This document shows, piece by piece, positions 38,540 to 52,612 of a DNA stretch of 64,000 nt. Both the position numbers and the translations under genes were made by a program. Numbering within the stretch: the first letter of the stretch is position 1; each line of letters starts with the position of its first letter. Source of the DNA: the human T2T-CHM13v2.0 reference genome, Homo sapiens. The notes beneath the pieces are model-generated. The model saw only the letters and a program-made list of their open reading frames with translations. It made no database searches and was not told the DNA's origin. The stretch lies in NCBI RefSeq assembly GCF_009914755.1, contig NC_060934.1; one strand, written 5' to 3'.

Positions 38540-38910
38540 CCATCTATACATCTATGTATCTATATATCTGTGTATGTATGTATGTGTGTATGTACCTATG
38601 TATCGATCAATCATCCATTTATCTATCTCTATATCTAGATATGTCTACATATGTAGATATATCTATATAGATATCTATAGATACTGATACATTGATACAT
38701 CTATAGATGCATAGCAGACATAGATATCTATATATCTATATTTAGATATGTAGGCATATCTAGATATATCTATATAGATATCTATAGATATTGATACATT
38801 GATACATCTATAGATACATAATGGATATTGATATCCATATATCTATATCTATTTATCTATATATCTATATCTATCTACATCTGGATTTAGATATATAGAT
38901 ACACAGATTT
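38540..38910. repeat. Degenerate (TATC/TAGA/TA)n low-complexity tract with an internal ~50-bp repeat
   Basis: ATATCTATATAGATATCTATAGATAxTGATACATTGATACATCTATAGAT occurs twice. Confidence 0.9.
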
Positions 38911-40177
38911 AGATTGGCAGATATACATCACAGTCTATCTGTAAAGTAGGTTTTGGTGCAAGGCTGAACATTAGGGAGCATTAGATCAGAGCACCTAATT
39001 GTTATAGGACAGAAAAGACAGAATAAAATAGATGGACTGGAACACTCAGGTGCAAAAGGAGCTGTTTCCCACCCTGCTTTCCCTCAAGCAATTCTGCACA
39101 AGCATGTCTTTATATACATCCTTTAAGACATTTAGGTTCTTGAGTTTTGCAGCTAGATCTCATATATGAGGATGCTTTTTGTATATTTCTCTTCAACTGC
39201 TTTTTAAAACCAATAATGATCATTTCAAAGACAAGGTTTGCATATAAACCAGATGGATGTGTTCATGTATATGAGGTATAGTACTAAATTTAGGGACTAT
39301 TTTTAGCTTCTTAAAAATACTCTCATTAAAAATAAGATCATGACATGAGTCAACTCATCAAAAGGACACATTTTTCACTAGGAGTTTTTGCATTCCTGTT
39401 CTCTTCACACAAAGAACAGATAATCACAGGCTTATTAGCTGAAGAATGATCAGGGGAAGTTCATGTGTTGGATTACAAAATGTTTTGTGGTTAAAAAAGA
39501 GCTCTCGTGTTTCAAAAAGGTCTACAGATGTTCACAAAATTATAAGCTGGCCAACTGGAATCCAGAGTTAAACTGATGAACTGTTTCCTACTGATAATTT
39601 TATAAAAGAGATGAACTGATAGAGCAATGACTCCATTTAATATGAATGTTTAAGATGATTAAATGTCAAGGAGCGTCCTGTCGTCAATAAGTGAAGAACT
39701 TGGTACTTTAATATGTCTCTTTAATGCAGCTCTACAAAGTGAGGAGATGATGAAGTTGAGGTGACATATAATCACCAAGCATCAGACACATTTTATTTTC
39801 TCACATGGAAATCAGAACCCTTAGAAATATTTTCCTCAAGAAGACATGCATTTGTCCTGGAGCATGGAGACCTCTGGACTCTAATCTTAGCTTTTCAACC
39901 AGTGACCAAAATAAACCCAGGCAATTGTCCTTAAATATCTGTGACACAGTATTGTCAACAGTAAAATAAAATGTTTAATGAACATTTAAGATTGCTCTTC
40001 AACCTATCACGTCTTTCTTCTTTAAGGGCCAGCTACTCTTCCTTCAGGGAAGTGAGTGTTTGCTTTGGCCATCTGGCTTAAAAGGGAGCTACCATCATTT
40101 GGGAACCCCTTCACCATAGCCACAGATGGTAGTGTGAGGGTGGGGATTTGATCCAGGTGTGGTCTAATTCATTTTCT

Positions 40178-40499
<322 letters not shown>

Positions 40500-40589
40500 A
40501 ATTCATTTTCTTAGATTTTCCCAAACTACAGGCGGGAAAAGAAAGATACTTTCTCTTATGGTCATGAGATTTTAACATTAAAAGGAATT

Positions 40590-40975
40590 TAAGTGTCCAT
40601 CAAACAGGAAAGGTATCACGTTTTCCACAATGCACACTGTGCGCAGACAGCACGAACAAAGTCCTGCCATGCACTCCCTGGCGTGAACCTCAAAGCCACA
40701 ACACTGAGCAAGAGAAGCCAGTTCGAGAGGATGCATACTGGGTATGTCCATTTATATAAAGCTGTTTTAAAGGCAACCACAATCCGTGCTGTTAGCCATA
40801 GGGTGGCTAGTTTCTGTTAGGGTCAGTGAGCAGAAGCAGCCACAGAAAGGGGCCTGGGGGCACTGGCTATGACCTGGGAGCTGATGATAGAGGTTCACTT
40901 TGTAAAGTCAACTTAGTGTGCACTTATGATTTTCACACGTTTGAATTTCTCTACTTTAAATAAGCTTTTCTAAAA
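40590..40975 (+). mobile_element. L1ME 3' terminus
   Basis: GAACCTCAAAGCCACAACACTGAGCAAGAGAAGCCAG; CCATTTATATAAAG; GTTCACTTTGTAAA..TGCACTTATGAT. Confidence 0.7.
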
Positions 40976-41099
40976 TAAGTAACTACTATATAGCCATTAA
41001 GAATACAGAAAGTCTACAGGTACTGGCATAAAACAATTTGCAAAATATGTGGATAAGTGGAAAGAATCAAGAAGGAGAGTGCTGAGAATGGAACACATC

Positions 41100-41735
41100 A
41101 ACAAAAGGATCCCCACACATGCATACATATGTGCATACATATACATATACATGGGCACACACATGCACACACATGTGCACACACATCCACACAAGGACCC
41201 CACACATGCACACATGTGTGCACACACAGACATGAAACACATGCAAAGACCCACATACATGCACACATGTGAACACACACGTGCACACACATCCACACAA
41301 GGACCCCCACACATGCACACATGTGTGCATGCGCAGACATGAACACATATGCAAAGACCCACATACATGCACACACGTGCACACACATCCATACAAGGAC
41401 CCCCACACATGCACATACAGACAGGCACACACATGCACACAAAGACCCACATATATGCACACAAGTGTGCACACACATGCTCACAAAGGAGATATACCTA
41501 ATGTAAATAATGAGTTAATGGGTACAGCACACCAACACGGCACATGTATACATATGTAACAAACCTGCACGTTGTGCACATGTACCCTAGAACTTAAAGT
41601 ATAATAAAAAAGACCCACATACATGCATACACCTGCAAAGACCCACATACATGCACATACATGTGCTCACATACACATGCATACACATGTGCACACATGG
41701 ATACACATATGTACACACAGTGTGCACACAGGATA
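41100..41735. repeat. CACACATG/GACCC minisatellite-like array with ~100-bp higher-order period
   Basis: CATCCAxACAAGGACCCC at 41184, 41290 and 41386; CAAAGACCCACATA repeated. Confidence 0.9.
41488..41611 (+). mobile_element. Young L1PA (PA3/4-like) 3'-terminal ~120 bp inserted in the minisatellite
   Basis: GGAGATATACCTAATGTAAAT..GCACACCAACACGGCACATGTATACATATGTAACAAACCTGCACGTTGTGCACATGTACCCTAGAACTTAAAGTATAATAAAAAA. Confidence 0.93.
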
Positions 41736-42077
41736 CCTCTACAGTGGTACACAATATATTAAAAACTCCAGCTTCAGTGGGTTATGATGCTTATTTCCAC
41801 TTTTGAAGTGAGTTCCCCTCGTATGTATTCCCTATTACAAAATAATATTTAAGGATAATACAATCCTGCTTTTATAAAAAGTAACAGTGATGCCAAACCA
41901 GGTATGAACAGATGAAAGCAATCATGCTAGAAAGACGTAAAGACACACGTTGAGATGTGGTTCCCAGAAACATGCCGGCCGAAGACCAGGAGCTACCCCT
42001 AAGGGGTCAAGAGGTCAGTTTTGCGTCCTCCCTCCTGGGCAGCTGACCGCTGCTGCTTGGGGCCTGGGGATGCTTAG

Positions 42078-42126
42078 TGCCCAGGGGTGTGGGGAGGGTG
42101 TTTATTGCCCAGGGGTGTGGGGAGGG
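42078..42126. repeat. 21-bp direct repeat (period 28), TGCCCAGGGGTGTGGGGAGGG
   Basis: Exact copies at 42078-42098 and 42106-42126. Confidence 0.9.
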
Positions 42127-42469
42127 CAAGCAAAGGCTTTAAAGTGAATGGCCTGGGTCCAGGTACCGTAATGGTGCTTTCAACCACAACTGAGTGTTTT
42201 AACTGTGAATAATGAACCTGAGGAAATTTCGATTACAAAAAATAAAATCTAGAGTGTACATTTTGAAGGGAGCTCAATTTTCAGAGAAATCGGCGGGCTT
42301 CAGATCTCTTATATATTTTCATCCAAATAGTTTAAAACTGGAATTTGAAATTCAGGACGATAATCTAAAGGCCACAAAGAAACTTTGAAAAATACATTTA
42401 ATGGTTTTCATTAGACTCTACAATGTTTTGGTGGGAGCATAGCTTAGCAGTTAAAAAGCCCAACTGTTA

Positions 42470-42820
42470 CAGCAATATATGAGAAACTGTAAGTACCAGA
42501 AGTCAAGCCCAAAAACCTTGTTAGTGATAGTATTTGGACTCAAACCCTGCTCTCCTGACTGTAATCTCTGAGTGTTTTCAGCTACATATCCAAGGCAAAT
42601 TGGTTGCAATGCCATTTACTGGAACCTGTTCATTAGATCTTCAATTAACCATTGACTGGATGTGGGAGCTGGAACAGGTTTTGTCCTTTCTCCTGGGCCC
42701 CACCGTCTTCTTATTTGCAGAGTCGGGATAACAATAATGCCTACATCACAGGGTTGTGTTGCAATCTATGTGAATGGAACACACATAAACCCACTTGCAC
42801 AGTACCTGGCATACCTCCTT
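42470..42820. mobile_element. MIR fragments (minus then plus)
   Basis: GAGAAACTG..GGACTCAAACCC; CTTCTTATTTGCAGAGTCGGGATAACAATAATGCCTACATCACAGGGTTG..GCACAGTACCTGGCATA. Confidence 0.6.
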
Positions 42821-45384
42821 TTATCTGTTGTTATGGAAAATAGCAGTAGTCAATGAGAAACTTGCATTAATGCCTGACACCTGAGTAAATAGCTGGGATA
42901 CGAGCACACATATATGTGATTTCATAATTAAGTCAATTTAGCCTTGAGTGTATTATACCATTTAGACTGATACCATCTGGAGACTTTTCATCAGTCCATT
43001 TATACAAATTCCCACTGAATTCCTCTAAATATAAAATGCTTTCATCCCAGAAAAACTTGAAACTCACGAAGCACTAAAGGGAAGGTAATAGGACTCCATG
43101 GCCAAAAATGTCCGAGGTGGTTTATAAATCAAGAGAAACAATAAAATGGAACATCCATGAAGGCTTGAAGGAACAAATCATTGTTATAAATTCTCATAAG
43201 GGTATTTTAGGTTCTGTGGCAATGCCTCAAACAAGTTGAAATTTATTGGATTTGTTTTATGGGTTGAACAATCTCTCATTGTCACCTCAACTCTTTTTGA
43301 TTTAGGTTAATGAAGATAAAAAGGTTGGAAATATCTGAGATTGAAAGACCCTGTTGGATGTATAACCAGGGAGTCGCAAGTTATTTAGCTTACTGTGCAC
43401 CAACATAATTTAAAATATAGGAATGTTCGAGCACTTCTGTCTGATTTGAAAAGCTTGAAATGAATATCACAATAGTAACTTTTGTGTACAAGTGATTGTA
43501 AACATCATCTGGCAGATTCTTCTCGAATTAATTTACTATATAAAGCATGAAGAAAACTCCCAGGAACATGAATTTACTAATAACCCTCTGATATATTCAA
43601 TATATTGTCAAGAATTTGGAGGTATCTACACAGATGTACCATGAAATTCTCTTTGCTTAAAATTAATCAGAAATTAAAATAACATCTTTCCTTATTTATA
43701 TATGAAACCACTTTTATTTGGTTCAGAATACAGGTACCAGAGACAAGAAAGCAGGCAAATCGGGAAGACAGAATCTAAAAAAATTTCAGTATGTACCATG
43801 CCAAATTTTGATAAAATTATCTACCACAGTACTGAAGTGTCTTACCCATCCTTCATATTCCAGTGAGAAATCAAGAGGAAAATGCTTGATAAACAAAGTG
43901 GCATCCACGTGATGTAATAAACGGAAATAGGCATTAACATCATTGCTGTGAGCACATTTTGCTGTAGGTTACCTGTACTCCACCGGTTTGTTTCTGAATA
44001 ACCAACTTAAAACAGTTGAAGAGTTAGGACTTGATCAAGGTAGGATGTGATTGTCGCCTTTTAACTGTAAAACAAGATTTCACGCATTTCAAATCCAATT
44101 AGTTCATTTGGTAAAATTGACCTTCTCAATAACCTTTTTTCAAATACAGGATGCTGGTCTCTGTTTGTCATTAGCAGAAACAGCTATGTCAAACGCTACT
44201 TTTAAACCTATGTTCTGATTCAAATTTAGTAGATCTAATAAAAAAATACCTTAGGCTTTGCAGCTGCATCCATTTGTACATGCAAATTCAGTAATTGCTT
44301 ATATAAATTGGGTAAACTGTACGTGAAAACAAGCTGTTAAATGTTCAATTAATCAGTTTGCAAAAAAATCTCTCGATGTTCTTGCTACCAGCAAACTCTT
44401 CCCCAGATCATTCATATGAGCTGAAAACAATCTAATATTTCATCTGCACATGCACCAACGTTCCTTTATTTCCTGTGACTTGCCTCTGGTTCCCTCATTC
44501 ACTCAGCACCATTCTCTATACACATCCTGAGTGTCAGCGCAGAGACTGTGGTATACAAGGCAGGTGCAAGTCCCATCCAACTCAACAACAGTGATGTGAA
44601 TAAAATTACTTATCCTCTAGTTTTGGTTCTATGATCTTTTTTCCATGTGGCTCGAAAGGTACACAGAATGATATTATGAATATAATGCAATATTGAGATC
44701 CAGTTCTGACTCACCACAATTAGAATTTGTAGAAAATAACTTCTGTGTTTTGATGAATTCCTCCTGTGTGCAATTATGGGGTTCAGCAGGGTCTCACTCA
44801 CGTCACCCTGTGTTCTGTGAGTCCACACTGTGCCTGTGTTTATCCTCTTTCTCATTCGCCTTGTGGTGGTCTCGAGTGGGGCTCCTCAGAGCCTGTGACT
44901 CCTTGGGGAAATGTGTTAAACTGTGGATTTCAACATGGGGGTCTGCGCTGGAGGTGGAGAATCAGAACATCTGACAAGCTCTAGGCAAGGCTGATGCTCT
45001 GGGTCACCGAGCTGCGTGGTTGGTGGCCAAGGTGGAGCAGAGGCTGCACTCTGTGTTTGCTCCACTGGCTTCTACTTCTAGATTGGTTTCCCCAAATCAG
45101 AGTCTCGTTAGAGCAAGAGAAAGGTGTTTTTAACGAAGGTAATCATGCAGGAATGGGCAATAGCCTTATGCATATAAATCGAGGAGCGCAGGAATTAACA
45201 AACCATCCTCCGTACGTCCCAGGTTTTCCTAACTTATTTTCTGGATGACAAGCATGAGAATGCAACCCATAGTCTTCATGACAGGAAACAGGAGTAGCTG
45301 TTCACGGGGAAGGAGATGGTCCCTGGTACCTCTCAGCATCCTCACCACCACCCTTTCCATGACCCGTGTCTGCTGCATACGATA

Positions 45385-45485
45385 ACTCATCTTAGGGTGG
45401 TTAAGTAATTTTCCCAATTTCACACTCCCTGTAAGTGGTGGAGCTGCAATTCTCAGCCAATTGTGTGATGCCAGAACTTACGCTA
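45385..45485 (-). mobile_element. MIR fragment
   Basis: GGTTAAGTAATTTTCCCAA..GTAAGTGGTGGAGCTG. Confidence 0.6.
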
Positions 45486-46739
45486 GGCAAAATCTCTCTG
45501 GCTGTCACTCAGCGATCACGGCTGTTTGCATCTTGATACAATTGCTGGGGTAGGCGGTAGAGGGCACATTATGCAGGGAAGTGGAAGAACATTGATTTTA
45601 CCAGCCCATATGATTTAAATCATCAAAATGTGACACCACTCATGTTTCTTGAAATGATGACCTATTCAAGAACTTGGATTTCTATGTTTCTCAGATTTAA
45701 CGAAGATATAGTTCGGTGGCATTCCATGGAAGTTCCTATTAATATGTATGAGCAACAGAAAAAAAAGCCACTTCTCAAGATGTGCATTTGGATATGCAGT
45801 TTAAAAAATCCTTTCTAAAGTGAAAAGACAACCTGATCATAGCATTTAGGCCAAGAAGTTCTAAAGAATTATTTTGTTATCTAGTTCTTTTAAGAATTGA
45901 AGAAACTTTCTTTTTTTAAAAAGTCAAATACATGAGTATAAAAATAAAATGTTCTTCTCATTTTGGGGTATTTTCTTCCTCTCCTTTGCGCATAACCTTC
46001 CGTAAACATGAAAACTTTGTCTCTGGCTTTCTTTTGGAAAGACAGGAGGATTCAATCCTGTTTCTCGCCGGGTGTGACGTGATGCCGCGACCTGAGACCC
46101 CAGGTAAAGGCGAAAGCTGCAATTCTGAGAGCATGGTTTGAGAAGAAGCATATTCCCCTTTATTCTGACTTTTTGGACAATATATGAAGACGTTTGTGTA
46201 GTTTTGAACCTCACGCATTAATAACGGCATAGGGGAAGTGGAGTTTTTAAAAAAACAGTGGCGAGGATGATAGGACGTCCTTGGAGTAACTGTTGAAATT
46301 CTAGCCCGGGGAGGCGGAGAGTCAGAGGCACAACACGTTTTCCAGGAATATGAAGGGGAATATGAAGGGTGGACCTCTGGATTCAGCTAAATCCAATGTG
46401 TGAAATTTAAAGGAGGCAGCTTTGGGCTCAGTAAGAAGAAGCTGCTGATCTGCAGTACTTTGGTTTTTTGAGTTGTGGGTGCAGGGGACAGGCAGAGGCC
46501 GGGCATCCGCAGAGTCCAGTGCTGTGGGAAGGATTTAAGCATCGGAAGAGGGAGGCAGAGGGGTCATCCATGAGGCCCTCTCATTGGAGGCGCTGTCCAG
46601 GTGGGGGCCCTGTCCTTTGAGGCCACCCACCTGCAGGCAGGCACTGGTAAGAGTCAGGTTGGGTTAGACAGGGAACCGTGGGCAAACCCATGAGCCACCT
46701 GGGCTTTATTCTCCTTCTTCTCAAGTATTAATATCTCTC

Positions 46740-47230
46740 TCCCTCACGTGTCCGCGCCCTTCCCATTTCTCTCTGGCTCAATGGCCAAGTTCCTGCTTCC
46801 CCACCCTGCGCCGACACATCGCCATGCACCTGCACAGAGGCCCCTGCAGGCCCGAGGGACCGTGCGGAGGTGGGCCCCAGCGGTGAAGGAAGGGGCTCCG
46901 CCAGGGTGGGAGTGGCCTATTAACTTCCCAGGTGACAAGCCAGGGGGATAGTTTACATTATGGTCCTTTCTTAGAAACCCTCGAGCCATGCCTGCAACGG
47001 GACTCACTTCACTGTCCAAATCGATTGCTGTGCCCGAGCGTAAGCACCGGGAAAACGGCAGCACTGAGGCCTCAGCAGGCTGGGCTGCGTGGACGGGCAG
47101 CGTGCAGCAGAGCCTGGGGCGGGGGTGAAGGAGCATCCAGCCCCACCCTGTCCATAACGGGAGATTGGCGTGCTTCCCTTCGCAGGGGTGGAGAGAGCTG
47201 CACCCCTTAATCCCTGGAATGGGACGACAT
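46740..47230. promoter_or_regulatory. GC-rich, CpG-retaining non-repeat patch (possible enhancer or weak CpG island)
   Basis: Visible CpG excess relative to the flanks; CACGTG E-box at 46745-46750; not formally computed. Confidence 0.4.
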
Positions 47231-48019
47231 AAGAGTCAAGAAGAACGTCAATATCGTTAAAGGAAAAGGAAATATAAATTTCGAATTCATCTTCTGACGG
47301 AAATGAAGGCAGTTTTCTAAGTTTCACAGGGAGCATAAATCTAAGGACATTTCCTAATTAATATTCAAGTCGACTAAATAACAATCGAATCGGGTGCCCT
47401 AATCCCACGGGCATATTCAGGATTCAGATTTCTTTGACCCTCTGCTGATTAATTCCTACCTCTTTTCAGGTCTAGCACTGCCAATCTGACTTTTAACTTC
47501 CCTAATCAATTTCTCAAATAACTATAGGGCAGAAACCATTTTTCTTTGTTGATACATGACCTGGTTTGGGCACAAGAAGCTAAAACACTTGTTAAGAGGA
47601 GCCAAGCAGAGGCGTATTTCATCTAAATGTGAACTTTGATATAGCCCTCACTTGAGTCACACTTGTCAGTTTTATATTCATGTCAGAAAGGGCTTGAAAA
47701 TCACATTAAATTTACGTGTTTGCATATATATTTGTATTATATGTCACGTACTTATGCATGTGAAGACTGTATTAAAATTAAGAACTATTTTTTAAAAGCT
47801 TAGATAAGTTATGTGTAAATGTGTAAGGATGTGTGTGTGTATGTGGTGTTTACGTAAAAAAAAAGAGGAGAGAAAGAAAAAAGAGATGAAGTGAAATATA
47901 GGCCTAGTACCAAGTAGATGATCAAAGATTCTAATTGATATTTAGACAACAGAGGGAACAGAGGAGGGTTTGTGGTGGAAGGGATATGTTCCCAATGTAG
48001 AATGAAACATTTGGAGAAA

Positions 48020-48340
48020 AATCCAGTTATTTATTTATTCATGGACTTATTTTCTGATTCAGTAAGTATTTACTCTCTAGTGCCTTAACACGCTGTCATG
48101 TGCCTGATGCTGCATGTGGACATGGGAAATAGAATAGCACAGATCTGTCTCCTGTCTTCTTGGAGCATAGATTATATTAGAAGGTGCATTCATCAAGTCA
48201 TCATTCACAAAAAAGTATATAAGATAGCAACTGTGACAACAGCCTTGAGAGGGGTCCCATGGAGCACTTAAGGGCTGTGATGGAGCACTGAAATAACCGT
48301 GCATGTCAGGGAGGGTGACGGGGATAATTGACTTGTCTAA
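48020..48340 (-). mobile_element. L2 3' fragment
   Basis: TTATTTATTCA..CAGTAAGTATTTACT; CAGATCTGTCTCCTGTCTTCTTGGAGCATAGA. Confidence 0.55.
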
Positions 48341-48396
48341 TGACAATCACAGATATGTTCTGATAAATTAAATTAAATGTGCACATGCAGATCTTA

Positions 48397-48737
<341 letters not shown>

Positions 48738-48749
48738 TTAAACATTTTA

Positions 48750-50532
48750 AAGCACAGCTGATAAGCCAATAGTAAAATAAAATGGAATAATAATAATACT
48801 CACTTAACAGAAGGCAATACATAGAAAGAGGATAAAATGAATAAAGAACAGATGGAGAAATGGAAAACAACTAACGAACTACTGCATTTAACACAACCAC
48901 GTTAATAATTATATTAAATGTAAATGATATTAACAGAGATTCTTACTTTAGATAAAAAGCAAGATGTGAAAGGATGTCTATTTAAACCCTCTTTAAGTAT
49001 AAAGACATAAAATTATAAGACAAAATTCAAAGCATGTTAAGCAAACACTATCCCAAAGTAAGCTTAAGTAGCTAATTAATATCAAATTAGACTGCCTAAG
49101 GAGAAGTATTACCAGGTATAAAGAGACACATATAATATTGAAGAAGTTAATTTGTGTAGAAAAAAATGTTATTCTTAAATGTCTATGCAACTAATAACAA
49201 AGATTCAAGGTAAATCTGACAGAACTGAAAAAGGAAATAGATAAATCCAAAATTGTTGGATTCATCTACTTGTTTTTGGAGTGTTTAACACCCCTCTCTT
49301 ATCAATTGATGGAATTATTAGACACAGTGAAATGAGAGTCCGGAAGCCCTGAAGAGCCCTGCCATCCCAACTTGAGCTTATTGACATTTGCTGATTACTG
49401 CACCCAACTGCAGAGGGGTACGGATAATGTTCTAGTGCCCATACAGTAGTGATCAAGACTGTACTCCTGGCCATAAAACACATATTAACAGGTATAAAGT
49501 CACTGAAATAATACTAAGTGTGTTCTCTGAACACACCAGAATTAAATTAAAATTAAAATTGAGGAACACAAAGGTATCTTGACAATGTCCAGCTATTTGA
49601 AAATTAAACAACAGTATTTTACATACAATGGTCAAAGAAGAAATATCAGAAAATTTATACTTTATTATAATTGAGTAAAAATGTAGTAGAATTCATAAAA
49701 TTGGGTAAGATGCAGCTAAAGCAGTACCTAGAGGAGAATTTATAGGCTTAAAATGTTTATATTAGAAAAGAAAAGAAAGTTTCAATTCCATGATATAAGT
49801 TCCAGGATTATGAAACTAAAAAAAGAAAAGCTAATTAAATGCAAAGAAGGTGGAAAGGAAAATGATAAAGACAAAAAAAATAGAAAACAGAAAAATGTAG
49901 AGAAAATCAGTGACACCAAAACTAATCCTTTGAAGAGATGAATAAGATTTCTAAAACTCTAACTAGTGTGATTATGGAAAAAAAATGAAATACACAAATT
50001 TCCAATATTAGGAATGAAATTAACAATTTATTACAAACTCTAGTGGTAACAAAAGCATAAGAGATATTAAAATAAAGGTAAGGCAATATATTTGAAGGAT
50101 TAAAAAGAAAGTTTCCAATCTCAACCAAGAAGTAGATCAACAAAATCATAATTAATTCACTACAGAAATAAAATTACAAGCCTGTATATTTTCCCTGATA
50201 AAATTTACAAAATAATTTATGAAAAAAATACTCATAATTCAGCACAATGTCTTCCAAAAAATAAAAGAGGACAGATAACATTCTCAACTTATTTGATGAG
50301 ACTAGAACTACTGTGAAAGCAAAACCATACAAAGACATTACAGGAAAAACATACTACAGAACAATACTCCACATGCACAGGGACAAATAAAATCGCTAAC
50401 ACAATTTTGAGAAGTGAAATCCAGCAAAATGAGAAAATGTAGGATGACTCATTGAAATTCATCCCAGGAATGTAAGGCTGTTTTGACATTTGAAAACAAG
50501 TAAGTGTAGTTCTCAATATCAATATGTTAAAC
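48750..50532 (+). mobile_element. Old L1M ORF2 remnant (endonuclease region onward)
   Basis: CTGACAGAACTGAAAAAGGAAATAGA; GATGCAGCTAAAGCAGTACCTAGAGG; ATCCCAGGAATGTAAGGCTG. Confidence 0.87.
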
Positions 50533-50534
50533 AA

Positions 50535-50716
50535 GGGCCCGGGAGTGGCGGCTCACATCTGCAATACCAGCTCTTCAGGAGGCCAAAACAGGTGGATCAC
50601 TTGGGGTTAGCAGTTCAAGACCAGCCTGGGCAACATGGTAAAACCCCCATCTCTACTAGAAATTCAAAAATTAGCCGGACATCATGGTGGGTGCTTGTAA
50701 TCCTAACACTTTAGGA
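50535..50716 (+). mobile_element. Diverged Alu, 3'-truncated early in the right monomer
   Basis: Left monomer and linker, then ends after TGTAATCCTAACACTTTAGGA. Confidence 0.82.
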
Positions 50717-50818
50717 AATTAAAATTAGCAAAATACATTAACAATCACATAAAAACTTTGGAATTGTTAGGGATAAAACTAAAATATATGTAAAAATTCT
50801 TTGCTGAAAACTACTACC

Positions 50819-51110
<292 letters not shown>

Positions 51111-51549
51111 CTAACAAGGTGATTAGAGAGAAAATAAAAATTCTCACCTTACTGTGGTAAATGGATTGCAAAACAAGTAAGAATCCCTGCAGTGGGAACC
51201 AGTGAGGTCGCCTGGTACCACGACTGTCTAGAATCACTTTGCCGTCTAGTTTGATGAAATGAGTTGAGACACGCAATACCGTTGCGACACTCTCTGGCAC
51301 TCAATAAATATCAGTTATTGTCATATGCACTTAGTGACAACCCTCAAATATTTTACCAATGTCACATTTTAGTAAGATGAGCTGTACAATATTATCTCCG
51401 CTTAGGCAAGATCGTTGTTCTGTCTCCTCCCACACCTGAACTAATCATCCTATTAAGAGCAGCTGAACATGGGGCTGCAGGTTCTGCTCCCTGCTAATAA
51501 CAGCAGTGCTCACCCTGGGAGGCCGTAAGACCTCTCTTCTCTAATTTTA

Positions 51550-52067
<518 letters not shown>

Positions 52068-52571
52068 TCACATTCCTTTGGCATAAAATATTCTCCACGA
52101 GCTATTGTCTTTTACCAAAGTTTGTGATTTATTCATTTTCAACTGTCTTGGACTCTTTGATTTTTCACTCTTATCTTAAACAACAAGTTAGCATGCACTG
52201 TACGGGGGGCTTTCTCTTGATACCTAACTGAATGCTGTACTGGATCCTGTGCCCAGGAGATCACTTGAGAGCCTGCTTGCATTTAGTATGTTTAATGGAA
52301 ATTTAATGTTCTCACAATTGTTTTCGCCCTCCCAGTAGCACTGAATTATTTATGAATAACCTCAAATCTCTCTAAGTAAAACACGGTGCTTTTAATGAGC
52401 CAGCGATCACAGTTCAGTCAGGGAGATGGTGGCTAAGGATGCCAGGCCTGACACTTGAGTGCTGCGTTTTCCTTGTGTACCAATTATGGTTACTGTAACT
52501 TGGGCAGCATCAGAGAAGGGCTGCCCCCTACCACCTCACCTCGCAAAAATGTGTTTCTTATATTAAAACTC

Positions 52572-52612
52572 TCACGCACGCACACACACACACACACACA
52601 CACTCTCTCTCC
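52572..52612. repeat. (CA)n(CT)n compound microsatellite
   Basis: Direct reading. Confidence 0.9.

Noticed and set aside
41100-41735. Repeat-spacer pattern as a CRISPR-like array
   Set aside because: Eukaryotic context, the intervening sequences are themselves repetitive, and there are no cas genes
43020-43250. Possible CR1/L3 remnant
   Set aside because: Resemblance too weak to support by eye
44870-45020. Possible MER5A fragment
   Set aside because: Only a loose similarity; needs an HMM search
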